The notes beneath the pieces are model-generated. The model saw only the letters and a list, made by a program, of their open reading frames with translations, searched no databases and was not told where the DNA came from. This document shows positions 55,956 to 64,000 of a stretch of 64,000 nt of DNA, one piece after another. The translations under genes were made by a program, and so were the position numbers. The DNA comes from Pseudomonadota bacterium (GTDB lineage Bacteria; Desulfobacterota; Binatia; Binatales; Binataceae), in contig JAJPJA010000139.1 of the NCBI GenBank assembly GCA_021324455.1, forward strand, positions 6,207-70,206, in the 5' to 3' direction. Within the stretch, counting starts at the first letter, position 1, and each line of letters opens with the position of its first letter.

Positions 55956-56507
55956 ATGTCGCGCAAACACTCATTTTCAGCCGGCTTCGTATCGATCGTC
56001 GGTCTGGTCTTTCTGGCCTGCTCCGGGGCACCCGCCGCCGCTTCGCAGCATCTGGTCGTCTGCGATACCGACGGGCAGTCGATTCCGGCCCATTCGTCAG
56101 CCTTTGTCCATTGCGAAACACCGCCGCTCCTGCTCTCCACCTTCAACCATATCACCGTGGAGCACGTGGGCTCGGACGCCTCCGCCTCGGCGGTCGGGGT
56201 TGTGATCCAAAGCATCGAAACAACGCTGAACATGCTCGACGCCGGAAATTCTCTGGTGGATTTCATTGACCTCGCGTTCTCGCCTTACGCGAACGTCGAT
56301 GCCGGCGGCCAGAACGCCACTTTCGGCGGAATCAACACCCCGGACGATTTCACTATATTCAAGAACACGCTGGCCAGCGATCCGATCTCGATTGAGTTTT
56401 CGGATCCGGTGGTGTCGGTTCAGTTTCAGCTGCAGGTATTCGTGAACAACACGACCGGCTCGACCCAGACCGCGTCCGAATCGCTGCGCGTGGTAGCCGA
56501 TTACTAA
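55956..56507 (+). CDS. secreted protein of unknown function
   Basis: GGGAGG upstream of the ATG and a signal peptide (LVFLACSGAPAAAS). The body is beta-rich, with no recognised family. Confidence 0.55.
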   Translation: MSRKHSFSAGFVSIVGLVFLACSGAPAAASQHLVVCDTDGQSIPAHSSAFVHCETPPLLLSTFNHITVEHVGSDASASAVGVVIQSIETTLNMLDAGNSLVDFIDLAFSPYANVDAGGQNATFGGINTPDDFTIFKNTLASDPISIEFSDPVVSVQFQLQVFVNNTTGSTQTASESLRVVADY

Positions 56508-56606
56508 TCCCAGGTTCTTCGCGGCTGGAAGCGATTGCGATCGAATATCCAAAACGGGGCCGGGACGAACCAAATCCCGGCTCCGTTTAGGTCCGGCGCC
56601 GCGGTT

Positions 56607-57131
56607 CTAGGAGCGGCGCATGGCGGCGGACACCCGGACGTCCCCGGCCCATCCTTCCTTGAACGGCACGATGAAATGCGGGGTGAACGTCATACTGGTA
56701 AAGCGCCAGCCGCGTTCGGTCCTCAGGTAAGCGTCGTCGTAGCGTCCGGCAACCATGTGCGCTTCTCCATTGATGACGGGACGCGCCTCCAAATAGCTGA
56801 ATCCCCTGGCTCGGTCTCCCTGGATTTCGAGCACGTGATTGTGGATGTACTGTTTGACGTAGGTGAAATGCGGCCCCGCACCGCCGCCGCCTGAGGCGGG
56901 CGGCCCAAGGCGCTTGAAGAATCCCAGGATGCCGCTGCTGCCTTTGGCCTTGCCCAAGGGACCGAATTCCAGCTCTCCGTCTTCGGTAAAGAGGTCGACA
57001 ATCTCCGCGAATTTCCCTTCGTTGATGTATTCATGGTAGCGGAAACGAAGATCGCGAAGCGCTTCGCGATCCTTTAGTTCGCGCACCGCGCCTTCAAGTT
57101 CCCTTATGCGCGCTTCCAGGTCCGCAGCCAC
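56607..57131 (-). CDS. SnoaL-like / NTF2-fold protein with N-terminal coiled-coil
   Basis: GTG start 7 nt after AAGGAGG. The LRDLRFRYHEYINEGKFAEIVDLFTEDG pattern matches SnoaL_4. Confidence 0.6.
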   Translation of the reverse strand: MAADLEARIRELEGAVRELKDREALRDLRFRYHEYINEGKFAEIVDLFTEDGELEFGPLGKAKGSSGILGFFKRLGPPASGGGGAGPHFTYVKQYIHNHVLEIQGDRARGFSYLEARPVINGEAHMVAGRYDDAYLRTERGWRFTSMTFTPHFIVPFKEGWAGDVRVSAAMRRS

Positions 57132-57313
57132 CGGCGTATCCTCCTTTGATCGATGATGCAGCCGCACCATAGCATAAACCTGGGCGGCCCGGTGCGGCGC
57201 TGTTCTCAATCGCCGCGCAATTCGGCTAAAGTCAGCGCTGGCCGGCCGCATCGGCTGCGCTCCGGCCCGGCGGGTTGTCGTTGCGATTGCAACACTGCGG
57301 GAGGAACTTCAGG

Positions 57314-58075
57314 ATGCTGCATCAGGACAGGGTAGCGGTAATCACCGCCGGAGCCGGCGGTTTCGGCAGCGCCACGGCATTGATGATGGCGCGCGAGGGT
57401 GCCCGAGTGGTCATCGCCGACATCGACCGGGAGTCATCGCAAGCCTTGATCAAGCAGGTCGAACAAGCCGGATCGCAGGCCATCTTCGTCAATACCGACG
57501 TCAGCAAAAAGGCCGACGCCCGAAACATGGCACAAGCCGCGGTGGATAAATTCGGCCGCCTCGACATGCTGATCAATATCGCCGGCATCGGCGGCGGCGG
57601 ACTGCTCGAGGAAATGAGCGAAGAGGACTTCGACCGCGTCATCGCGGTGCACCTCAAGGGCACCTTTCTGTGCAGTCAGGCCGCCATCCCGCACATGAAG
57701 AAGAATCAATACGGCCGGATCGTAAACATCATCTCGCGCGCCGCCTTCAAACCGCGGGTGGGAGTGGGCGCTTACACCGCGGCCAAGGGCGGCATCCTGT
57801 CGATGTCGCGGGTGCTGGCGGCGGAAGTTGCGCAATACGGAATCAACGTCAACTGCGTGGCGCCGGGCACTGCGGAAACCAAGATGGTCAAGGCCAATTT
57901 TTCCACCCCCGAAGCGCGCATGCAGGAAGCCACTTTCACCGGCGTCATCACGCGGCCCATCCGCCTGGCATTTCCCGAAGAAATCGCCGCCGCCATCATG
58001 TTTCTGTGCTCCCCGGCCTCAGCCCACATCACCGGCAGCACGATTCATGTCAACGGCGGAACCTTCATGCCATGA
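57314..58075 (+). CDS. SDR-family oxidoreductase
   Basis: GGGAGGAA upstream of the ATG. Cofactor motif TAGAGGFG and catalytic YTAAK. Confidence 0.85.
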   Translation: MLHQDRVAVITAGAGGFGSATALMMAREGARVVIADIDRESSQALIKQVEQAGSQAIFVNTDVSKKADARNMAQAAVDKFGRLDMLINIAGIGGGGLLEEMSEEDFDRVIAVHLKGTFLCSQAAIPHMKKNQYGRIVNIISRAAFKPRVGVGAYTAAKGGILSMSRVLAAEVAQYGINVNCVAPGTAETKMVKANFSTPEARMQEATFTGVITRPIRLAFPEEIAAAIMFLCSPASAHITGSTIHVNGGTFMP

Positions 58076-58082
58076 ACGCACG

Positions 58083-59003
58083 ATGACCGCGTTTCCCGAC
58101 CCGCATCGCACGCTCGAACTCCGGATGGCGGACGGCGCTGTCATCCTGGTGCGCCAGTATGGCCTGATCGACGCTCCGCGGCTGGTGCTCAGCCACGGCA
58201 ATGGTCTGGCGATCGACGGTTACCTGCCTTTCTGGAATCCGTTGTGCGATCGGTACGAGGTAATCGTTTTTGATTTTCGCCAGCACGGGCGCAATCCCTC
58301 CAATCCGGAGTGGGCGCACGACTGGCCGACGTTGGTCGGCGACATGGAGCGCGTATGGCAGGAGCTGCAGGCAGGCTTCGGGCGCAAGCCGACGGCCGGG
58401 GTGTTCCATTCAATGGCGGCCATCTGCGCAATCCTTCACACATTGGATTACGGCGCGCGATGGGACCTGCTGGCCCTGTTTGATCCGCCCTTTTTCGCGC
58501 GCGACGGCCATCCGCTGCGTGCGCTGAATCAAAGCGCCAAGTTCGACCTTGCCGCACGCGCCAGGCGGCGGCGCGAATTCTACAACAGTCCCGAGGAATT
58601 CGCGCGTCAATTGCGGGGCGTACCCGCGTTCCGCCGCTGGGTGCCCGAAGCCTTCGAACTGATGGCGCGGGCAACCCTGCGCCGCCAGGATTCCTCCGGC
58701 TGGACGCTCGCCTGTCCGCGCGAACTCGAGGCGCGGATTTTCGAAGCCACCGCCGATCCCACCATCTGGCCCCGGATGGCGCGGCTGCCCGTGCCGGTCG
58801 AACTGTTTTGCGCCGACCCCGGAGCCGAAGATGCGGGGCCGCCGGCGCTGATTGGACAGGCAATGGCGGTGGAACTGCCCATCGAGTACGAATCGATTGC
58901 CGATACCAGCCATTTTCTCCAGATTGAACGGCCCGCTGAATGCCGCCGCGCGGTCGAGGCTTTTCTCCTGCGCCATGGATTCCCGTCCCGGCAGCCGCGA
59001 TGA
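58083..59003 (+). CDS. alpha/beta-hydrolase fold protein
   Basis: HGNG oxyanion region (LVLSHGNGLA), a nucleophile elbow variant (VFHSMAA) and a C-terminal His region (IADTSHFLQIE). Confidence 0.7.
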   Translation: MTAFPDPHRTLELRMADGAVILVRQYGLIDAPRLVLSHGNGLAIDGYLPFWNPLCDRYEVIVFDFRQHGRNPSNPEWAHDWPTLVGDMERVWQELQAGFGRKPTAGVFHSMAAICAILHTLDYGARWDLLALFDPPFFARDGHPLRALNQSAKFDLAARARRRREFYNSPEEFARQLRGVPAFRRWVPEAFELMARATLRRQDSSGWTLACPRELEARIFEATADPTIWPRMARLPVPVELFCADPGAEDAGPPALIGQAMAVELPIEYESIADTSHFLQIERPAECRRAVEAFLLRHGFPSRQPR

Positions 59004-60559
59004 AGGAGCTGCTCGACGCGATCGCGTTTCTCAAGCGCCACGGCCCGGCGGAACTGGCGCGGTTGGCCAAATCGAACGCTGGCACCATTAATGCCGCGGT
59101 GCGGTTCGAAGTTGTCTTCCGGCGCAGCGCCAGCGCCGAGAATGGAGCGCCGCGCCGCACCTCTGAGCATGAGAGCGCCGCCCTCGGAATCAGCGTGGCT
59201 ACGGGCGCCGCGCATGCGATCGGCTACGGGTACAGCGGAATAGACATCGGCCGCGCGGCTTTGCGCCGTGCCCGGCTGATTGGCTCGCTGCGCAGCGGAT
59301 TCGAAGCGGCGTACGAGCGCGCTCGCCTGTGCGAAAAGCGCAGCGCGGAACTCAGGCGCGAATTTGGAATCGGCGCCGGCCACTGGGCCGCGGCGCCGCC
59401 GCTGCAGGCCGACAAGGCCGCGGCGTACGCTCGCGACCCGCGCTCGGTGCCCAACGGCGAGATCGCGCATCTGGTGGCCGAAACTTCACGCGCCGTGGCA
59501 CAACTCGGACGCGAGGTCGCGTTCAATGCCATAAGCGCTTTCACCGAGTCGCGCCACGAGCTTTTCATCGACAGCGACGGAAGCGTCATTTCTCAGGCAT
59601 TTGCCGTGAGCCAGGGCGACTGTTACGTCGTGGCGCAGAGCGACGGCGGCGGCGTGCAGGAATCGCACGACACCATCGGGCAGCAGCGCGGACTGGAATG
59701 CCTGACCGACGGATGGCCCGAGCAGCCGATGAGCAATCCCGGCTTGACGGACTTCTCCATCGATCTGGCCCGCGAGAGTTGCGAATTGGCCGCGGCGCCG
59801 CCGCTTAAGCCGCCCGCGGGCGAGGTCGTGGTGGTAACCGACCCGCATTTCAACGCGCTGCTGGTGCATGAGATCGTCGGCCATCCCAGCGAGGCGGACC
59901 GCGCACTCAAGATGGAAGCCGGATACGCCGGGCGCAGTTGGCTTTTGCGCTCGCTGCGGGACAACGAGATCGGGCGCCGGATCGGATCGCCCCTGCTGTC
60001 GGCCTGCTCCGATCCCGCGATTCGCGCCTTCGGCCATTACGGCTACGACCACGAAGGCACGCCGGGGCGGCGGGTGATGCATATCGATCGGGGAATCTTC
60101 AGCGGCTTTATGAATTCCAGGGCGACCGCGGCAATCATGGGAGCGGAGCCCAATGGATCCGTGCGCGCCAGCAATGTGCGCTTCGCGCCGCTGATTCGGA
60201 TGTCAAACACGTTCTTCATGCCCGGCGATTCGGCGCCGGGGGATATTATCGGCGAGGTCGAACACGGCTACTACGTGTGCGGCAACCGCATCCCGTCGAT
60301 CGCGGAGTCGCGCGAAAGCTTCCGCATCTCCGCTCGCCGCGTTTACGAGATCGATCACGGCCAACCGGGACGCCTTTTTCGCGCCGGCAGCGTGATCGGC
60401 GGATCCAAACACTTCTTCATGCACGTCGACGCGGTGGGCAACGATCTGAGGCTCATCGCGATCCCCAACTGCGGCAAGGGACAGCCGATGCAGGTCAAGA
60501 GGATGTCCAACGGGGGGCCGACGCTGCGGTCGCGCGCGCGGCTGGCGGGCGGCGAGTAA
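59000..60559 (+). CDS. tldD: TldD-family metalloprotease
   Basis: HExxxH motif in LLVHEIVGHPSEAD and a C-terminal GxC...PxLR beta-rich domain. The ATGA start/stop overlaps the hydrolase gene. Confidence 0.8.
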   Translation: MKELLDAIAFLKRHGPAELARLAKSNAGTINAAVRFEVVFRRSASAENGAPRRTSEHESAALGISVATGAAHAIGYGYSGIDIGRAALRRARLIGSLRSGFEAAYERARLCEKRSAELRREFGIGAGHWAAAPPLQADKAAAYARDPRSVPNGEIAHLVAETSRAVAQLGREVAFNAISAFTESRHELFIDSDGSVISQAFAVSQGDCYVVAQSDGGGVQESHDTIGQQRGLECLTDGWPEQPMSNPGLTDFSIDLARESCELAAAPPLKPPAGEVVVVTDPHFNALLVHEIVGHPSEADRALKMEAGYAGRSWLLRSLRDNEIGRRIGSPLLSACSDPAIRAFGHYGYDHEGTPGRRVMHIDRGIFSGFMNSRATAAIMGAEPNGSVRASNVRFAPLIRMSNTFFMPGDSAPGDIIGEVEHGYYVCGNRIPSIAESRESFRISARRVYEIDHGQPGRLFRAGSVIGGSKHFFMHVDAVGNDLRLIAIPNCGKGQPMQVKRMSNGGPTLRSRARLAGGE

Positions 60560-60563
60560 TACG

Positions 60564-62081
60564 ATGCTGCCGCGGGCTGAATTGAAGCGCTTTGCGGCCC
60601 AAGCGGCGGCGATGCTGGCGCGCGACCGCGATTTGGCCGCGTTCGAGGTCTATGCCTCCAGCACCGAACAGATCGTGGCGCGCATCAACTGCACCGGCGA
60701 GATCGTCTCGCGCGGCGTCGAGGAAGTGAAATCGCTGGCTGCCGACGGCTTTGCCTTGCGCATCGTGACCCGGCGCGACCCGCATGAAACCGGATCCGCT
60801 TTTGTGGCCGGAGACCTGAGCACGGCCAGCGTAAAACAGGCGCTCGCCCAGGCGCTTGACGCCCTGGTGGTGGATCCTGACTTTCCCGGATTGCCGCCGG
60901 GCAGCGGCGGAATCGCCGCGGGCGGGGGCCAAAAACCCGGCCTTATCGGAGTCTCCCATTTGGTCGTGGCGCGCGCCGCGTGGACAACCCTTAAAGGAGC
61001 CGTCGCTGAGTTCGCGCGCCGCGCGCCCCCTCATCTGCGCAACCCGGGTTTGATCATCGGCGGCGATTTCACCCTCACGCGGGAGCGAATCGCGATTGGA
61101 AGTTCGCGGCGGGCGGACATCGGCTGCGATCAGGACGCCTACTTCAGCGCCTCCGTCACCGTCATCATCGAGGAGACTCAGGCCAAAGCCACCGCCAGCG
61201 CGATCGGCCGATCGTCAGAGGAACTGCGCCGCGCACAGACGTCGTTGGGCAGGGACGCGATGAGGAGGGCGCTGGATTCAAGGCCGCCGGTGCGCCCCGG
61301 CTCGGGCCGCTACCGGGTGCTGATCGGCCCGCAGCCGCTGGGTGAGATCCTCAGCTACATGGTGGTCCCGTCGCTCACCAGCGGCGCGTTTTATCGCGGC
61401 GACTCCGCGTATCAGGGCCGCTTCGGCAGCTCCGTGATGGATCCGCGCATCAGCCTGATTGAGGACGCCACTGCGCCGCACGGCGCTATACAACGATCGA
61501 TGACCTGTGAAGGACTGCCGGCGCGGCGCACACTGCTGATTCGCGACGGCCGCCTGAGCGGACTGCTCTCGAATTTCTATGACCGTAACCGGCTGCTGTC
61601 GGACGATGCGCGGCTGCGCAAGCTGGGAGCTTCAGCTCCCGCCGCGCTCGACATAGCGGCCGGCAATGGCTACCGAATCGGAGAGCATGGGGCGCGCAGC
61701 TTCGATACCGCAATTCATTCCAGCGCCAGCAACATCATCATAAAGACCAAAGACGGCGCCAGCCTTGCCCAATTGATCAGGCAGGTCGGCAACGGGATCA
61801 TGATCGGCAGAGTCTGGTACACCTACCCGATCAACGGTCAGCGCGCCGGCGATTTCACCTGTACGGTAAGCGGCGATTCCTACCTGATCGAGGACGGCCG
61901 CATCTCCGCCCCGATCGCCCCCAACTGCCTGCGCATCAACGCCCACATAGACCAGGTTTTCGCCGCTCCCGCCGCACTGACCGCGCGCTCCACTCCAACC
62001 TTCGTCTGGGGCCAACCGGAAGCGTTCTATCTGCCGGCGCTGATGGTCGATGGCCTGCCGCTGGCAAGCGCAAGCCAATGA
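60564..62081 (+). CDS. pmbA: PmbA/TldE-family protein (TldD partner)
   Basis: 505 aa with the TldD/PmbA fold but no HExxxH motif. It starts 4 nt after the tldD stop. Confidence 0.75.
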   Translation: MLPRAELKRFAAQAAAMLARDRDLAAFEVYASSTEQIVARINCTGEIVSRGVEEVKSLAADGFALRIVTRRDPHETGSAFVAGDLSTASVKQALAQALDALVVDPDFPGLPPGSGGIAAGGGQKPGLIGVSHLVVARAAWTTLKGAVAEFARRAPPHLRNPGLIIGGDFTLTRERIAIGSSRRADIGCDQDAYFSASVTVIIEETQAKATASAIGRSSEELRRAQTSLGRDAMRRALDSRPPVRPGSGRYRVLIGPQPLGEILSYMVVPSLTSGAFYRGDSAYQGRFGSSVMDPRISLIEDATAPHGAIQRSMTCEGLPARRTLLIRDGRLSGLLSNFYDRNRLLSDDARLRKLGASAPAALDIAAGNGYRIGEHGARSFDTAIHSSASNIIIKTKDGASLAQLIRQVGNGIMIGRVWYTYPINGQRAGDFTCTVSGDSYLIEDGRISAPIAPNCLRINAHIDQVFAAPAALTARSTPTFVWGQPEAFYLPALMVDGLPLASASQ

Positions 62082-62222
62082 TACGGAAAACAACCGATCG
62101 ACGGCTGAAAAGCCCAAAACCAATCTTCAATCCGGTCGGCACATTCAATGCCGGATACCGATTCGAATCGGCAACATCCAGTTGTCGAGCGAAGCGTTCT
62201 CCCCGCCCATCAACGCAACATA

Positions 62223-64000
62223 TCATTTATATACCCGCATGCAGGAAAATGACCGGAGCGCCGGCGGTTTCAAATTCAGCATGAGGAAATGCACTGCTGC
62301 GTCGCCTGCCGGGCTGCCGGCATATCGCTTTGGATAAGGATAAGCCACCTGATCAATATCCTTTGAGTAATGGGAAATAAGGCCGCGTACGGCCGCCGGC
62401 GAAGCTGGCATGCCGACCGCAATTCCCCCATCCGCTCCCGGACCTACCCAGATTTCGTTCGTTACGCCGTGCGCGGCTCCGGCAAGCAGCAAATCCTGAT
62501 TTTCACTCCACCGGGAGGTTGGCAACAGACTTAGCGCGGATGCGCGAGCGGGGTTCAGAGTTGCAACTTCGCCGCGCAGCGCCAAAAAACGCTGCGCCGC
62601 GCATACCATCATCCGAAACCATCCCTCCGCGGCGATTAGTTGAAGCTCAGGCAGTTCGGCGCTGTCCTCACCGGCCGTGCGAGATGTCAAGCGATAGAGC
62701 GCAACACCGCCCAAATCAAGCGGTCGCAAACCCAGCGACTTCGGCAAATCGCGCAATATCCCTTGCTGACTGTCCGCCACAACAATTGCGTCGACCCCGT
62801 GAGCGGCCAGAAACGACCCCAGCTGGGCGGCTGGCGCCGATACTGGAATCCCCGTCAGTAAAGTGTTTACAATCGGCCAGCGGCGGAATTCTTCCGGCAT
62901 CACGCTGAGATCTCCTCCGGTCATGCGAAAGAACATTTTCGATTCCGCCTGCCAGGCCATGCTTGGCCCATCATGCCCGAATGGTATAACCAGAACATTC
63001 TCGCCCGGCTTAAGATAACGACTATACATTTTCTGGCTGAAGAATGCCGGAGTCGGATAGGCGGATATCCTGAAAAGAAACGACGAGTTCGGCACTATTG
63101 TAACCAAACATATCGCCGTGACGGCCTTGCGCATACGCACGGCGGGACCCGCCAGCCATAGAGAGAAGATCGCGGCGATGATCAGAAGCGCGTAGTTCAC
63201 GAATCTGATCGGCAGAGCGTGCTGGAGCAGCGGCAGGAGTTGTATACCGGCCCAGGGCAGGATACAAATCCGGCGCCGATCCACCTGCAATACCGGTCCC
63301 AAAACGGCCAGAAGCATTACGCACAGCGCCACTGCCATCAGCAGCGCGGCCCGCTGACGCCGATTGCGCCATAACCAAAACAGCGCCACAGACAACAGGG
63401 GAACCCCGATATAGGCACTCTCCCACATATTCCCGGCAACGTTCGCGGCGATTCGTCCGGAATTCGGCAGTCGCAGCAACATCAATGGTCCGGGAAAAAC
63501 AAAACCCGCCGGTACGGCCGAAAAAAAAGATGACGCAAAAATCGGTTCTTTTGGCATGTCGCCCCGAAGCAGCGCGTAGTACAGAAACGGCGACACAATG
63601 ACTGCCGCCGCCAAATAGGAACATGATACCAACAACATGATGCGCATCAGCGATCTTCTCCGATCGGGCAGCAGCGCGAGAGCAATCGATAAGATCGCGA
63701 TTCCAGACAGCGTCATGGTGGCCAGCAGCTCGGTGGATGTGAGACATTCAATGACCAACGCCGCTGTGAACGCCACGACAAAGGTGCGGGCCTTGATTTC
63801 ATCCTGCATCCTCATCAAAACGAGCACCACACACAGGGGAACAATGGCGCCGCCCACGCTCATGTGCAGATGCCCCGCCAGCACCTGGCCGGTTTCATAG
63901 GGAGAAAATCCGTAAATCAGACCGCCGGCGAAGCTCGCCGTGCTATCGCCGGTCATCCAATCGCACAGGACATAGGCGCTTGCCGCGCAAAGCGCGGGCG
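62223..64000 (-). CDS. large polytopic membrane protein with C-terminal soluble domain (5' end outside window)
   Basis: The reading frame stays open upstream of the first ATG (63956) to the window edge. There are more than 10 hydrophobic segments and then a ~230-aa soluble tail. It may be GT-C/YfhO-like, but this is not verified. Confidence 0.55.
   Translation of the reverse strand, partial: PALCAASAYVLCDWMTGDSTASFAGGLIYGFSPYETGQVLAGHLHMSVGGAIVPLCVVLVLMRMQDEIKARTFVVAFTAALVIECLTSTELLATMTLSGIAILSIALALLPDRRRSLMRIMLLVSCSYLAAAVIVSPFLYYALLRGDMPKEPIFASSFFSAVPAGFVFPGPLMLLRLPNSGRIAANVAGNMWESAYIGVPLLSVALFWLWRNRRQRAALLMAVALCVMLLAVLGPVLQVDRRRICILPWAGIQLLPLLQHALPIRFVNYALLIIAAIFSLWLAGPAVRMRKAVTAICLVTIVPNSSFLFRISAYPTPAFFSQKMYSRYLKPGENVLVIPFGHDGPSMAWQAESKMFFRMTGGDLSVMPEEFRRWPIVNTLLTGIPVSAPAAQLGSFLAAHGVDAIVVADSQQGILRDLPKSLGLRPLDLGGVALYRLTSRTAGEDSAELPELQLIAAEGWFRMMVCAAQRFLALRGEVATLNPARASALSLLPTSRWSENQDLLLAGAAHGVTNEIWVGPGADGGIAVGMPASPAAVRGLISHYSKDIDQVAYPYPKRYAGSPAGDAAVHFLMLNLKPPALRSFSCMRVYK

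Overview
GC-rich bacterial chromosomal window that is densely coding on both strands. I saw no rRNA, tRNA, CRISPR array, transposase, integrase or phage genes. The gene content resembles uncultured soil or sediment lineages, but taxonomy cannot be determined from this sequence. I annotated 58 CDS, mostly from motif-level reading of the supplied ORF translations, and refined start codons using Shine-Dalgarno spacing. Main blocks: (i) 1-14.2 kb holds short divergent units: gshB 3' end, NTF2-like protein, two lipoproteins, a B12-binding radical SAM enzyme, a tandem-fused double family III CoA-transferase, a Cys/Met PLP enzyme, a DUF2383 protein plus diiron oxygenase pair, and a MATE-cyclase-double EthD operon with a divergent SDR. 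(ii) 14.8-16.4 kb encodes a secreted protein with a duplicated Ig-like module, Pro/Thr linkers and a lysozyme-like domain. (iii) 16.5-24.4 kb carries a compact minus-strand complex I gene set in the order nuoB-G-I-C-D-(E-F fusion), with no membrane-arm genes in the window, followed by a hypothetical protein, a secreted Cys/His protein and a DUF2231 membrane protein. (iv) 24.6-29.9 kb holds DUF488, an orphan hybrid histidine kinase, a Cys-rich secreted orphan, a Gly/Tyr/Trp/His low-complexity lipoprotein and a DksA/TraR protein. (v) 30.2-36.4 kb holds an RND-MFP-TolC efflux operon and a universal stress protein. (vi) 38.4-44.2 kb is an operon led by a 1100-aa STAND (AAA+ plus TPR) protein, followed by an NTF2-like protein, an AttH/CrtC-like protein and a SAM methyltransferase. 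(vii) 44.8-48.7 kb holds a stand-alone CHASE3 protein, an RcnR-type (H-C-H-H) metalloregulator with a C6-tract operator, a P1B-ATPase with G-A-C in place of the (C/S)PC motif, and a ZIP transporter. (viii) 48.8-55.3 kb is a redox and acyl-CoA block (2-hydroxyacid dehydrogenase, EthD, crotonase, two LLM oxidoreductases, cyclase, SDR). (ix) 56-62 kb holds an orphan secreted protein, a SnoaL-like protein and an SDR / alpha-beta hydrolase / TldD / PmbA operon. (x) A large polytopic membrane protein runs off the 3' edge. The most unusual items are the peripheral-arm-only nuo cluster, the STAND-led operon, the RcnR and atypical ATPase module, the fused double CoA-transferase, and two compositionally odd secreted proteins. 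All functional calls come from remembered family signatures. No database search was possible.
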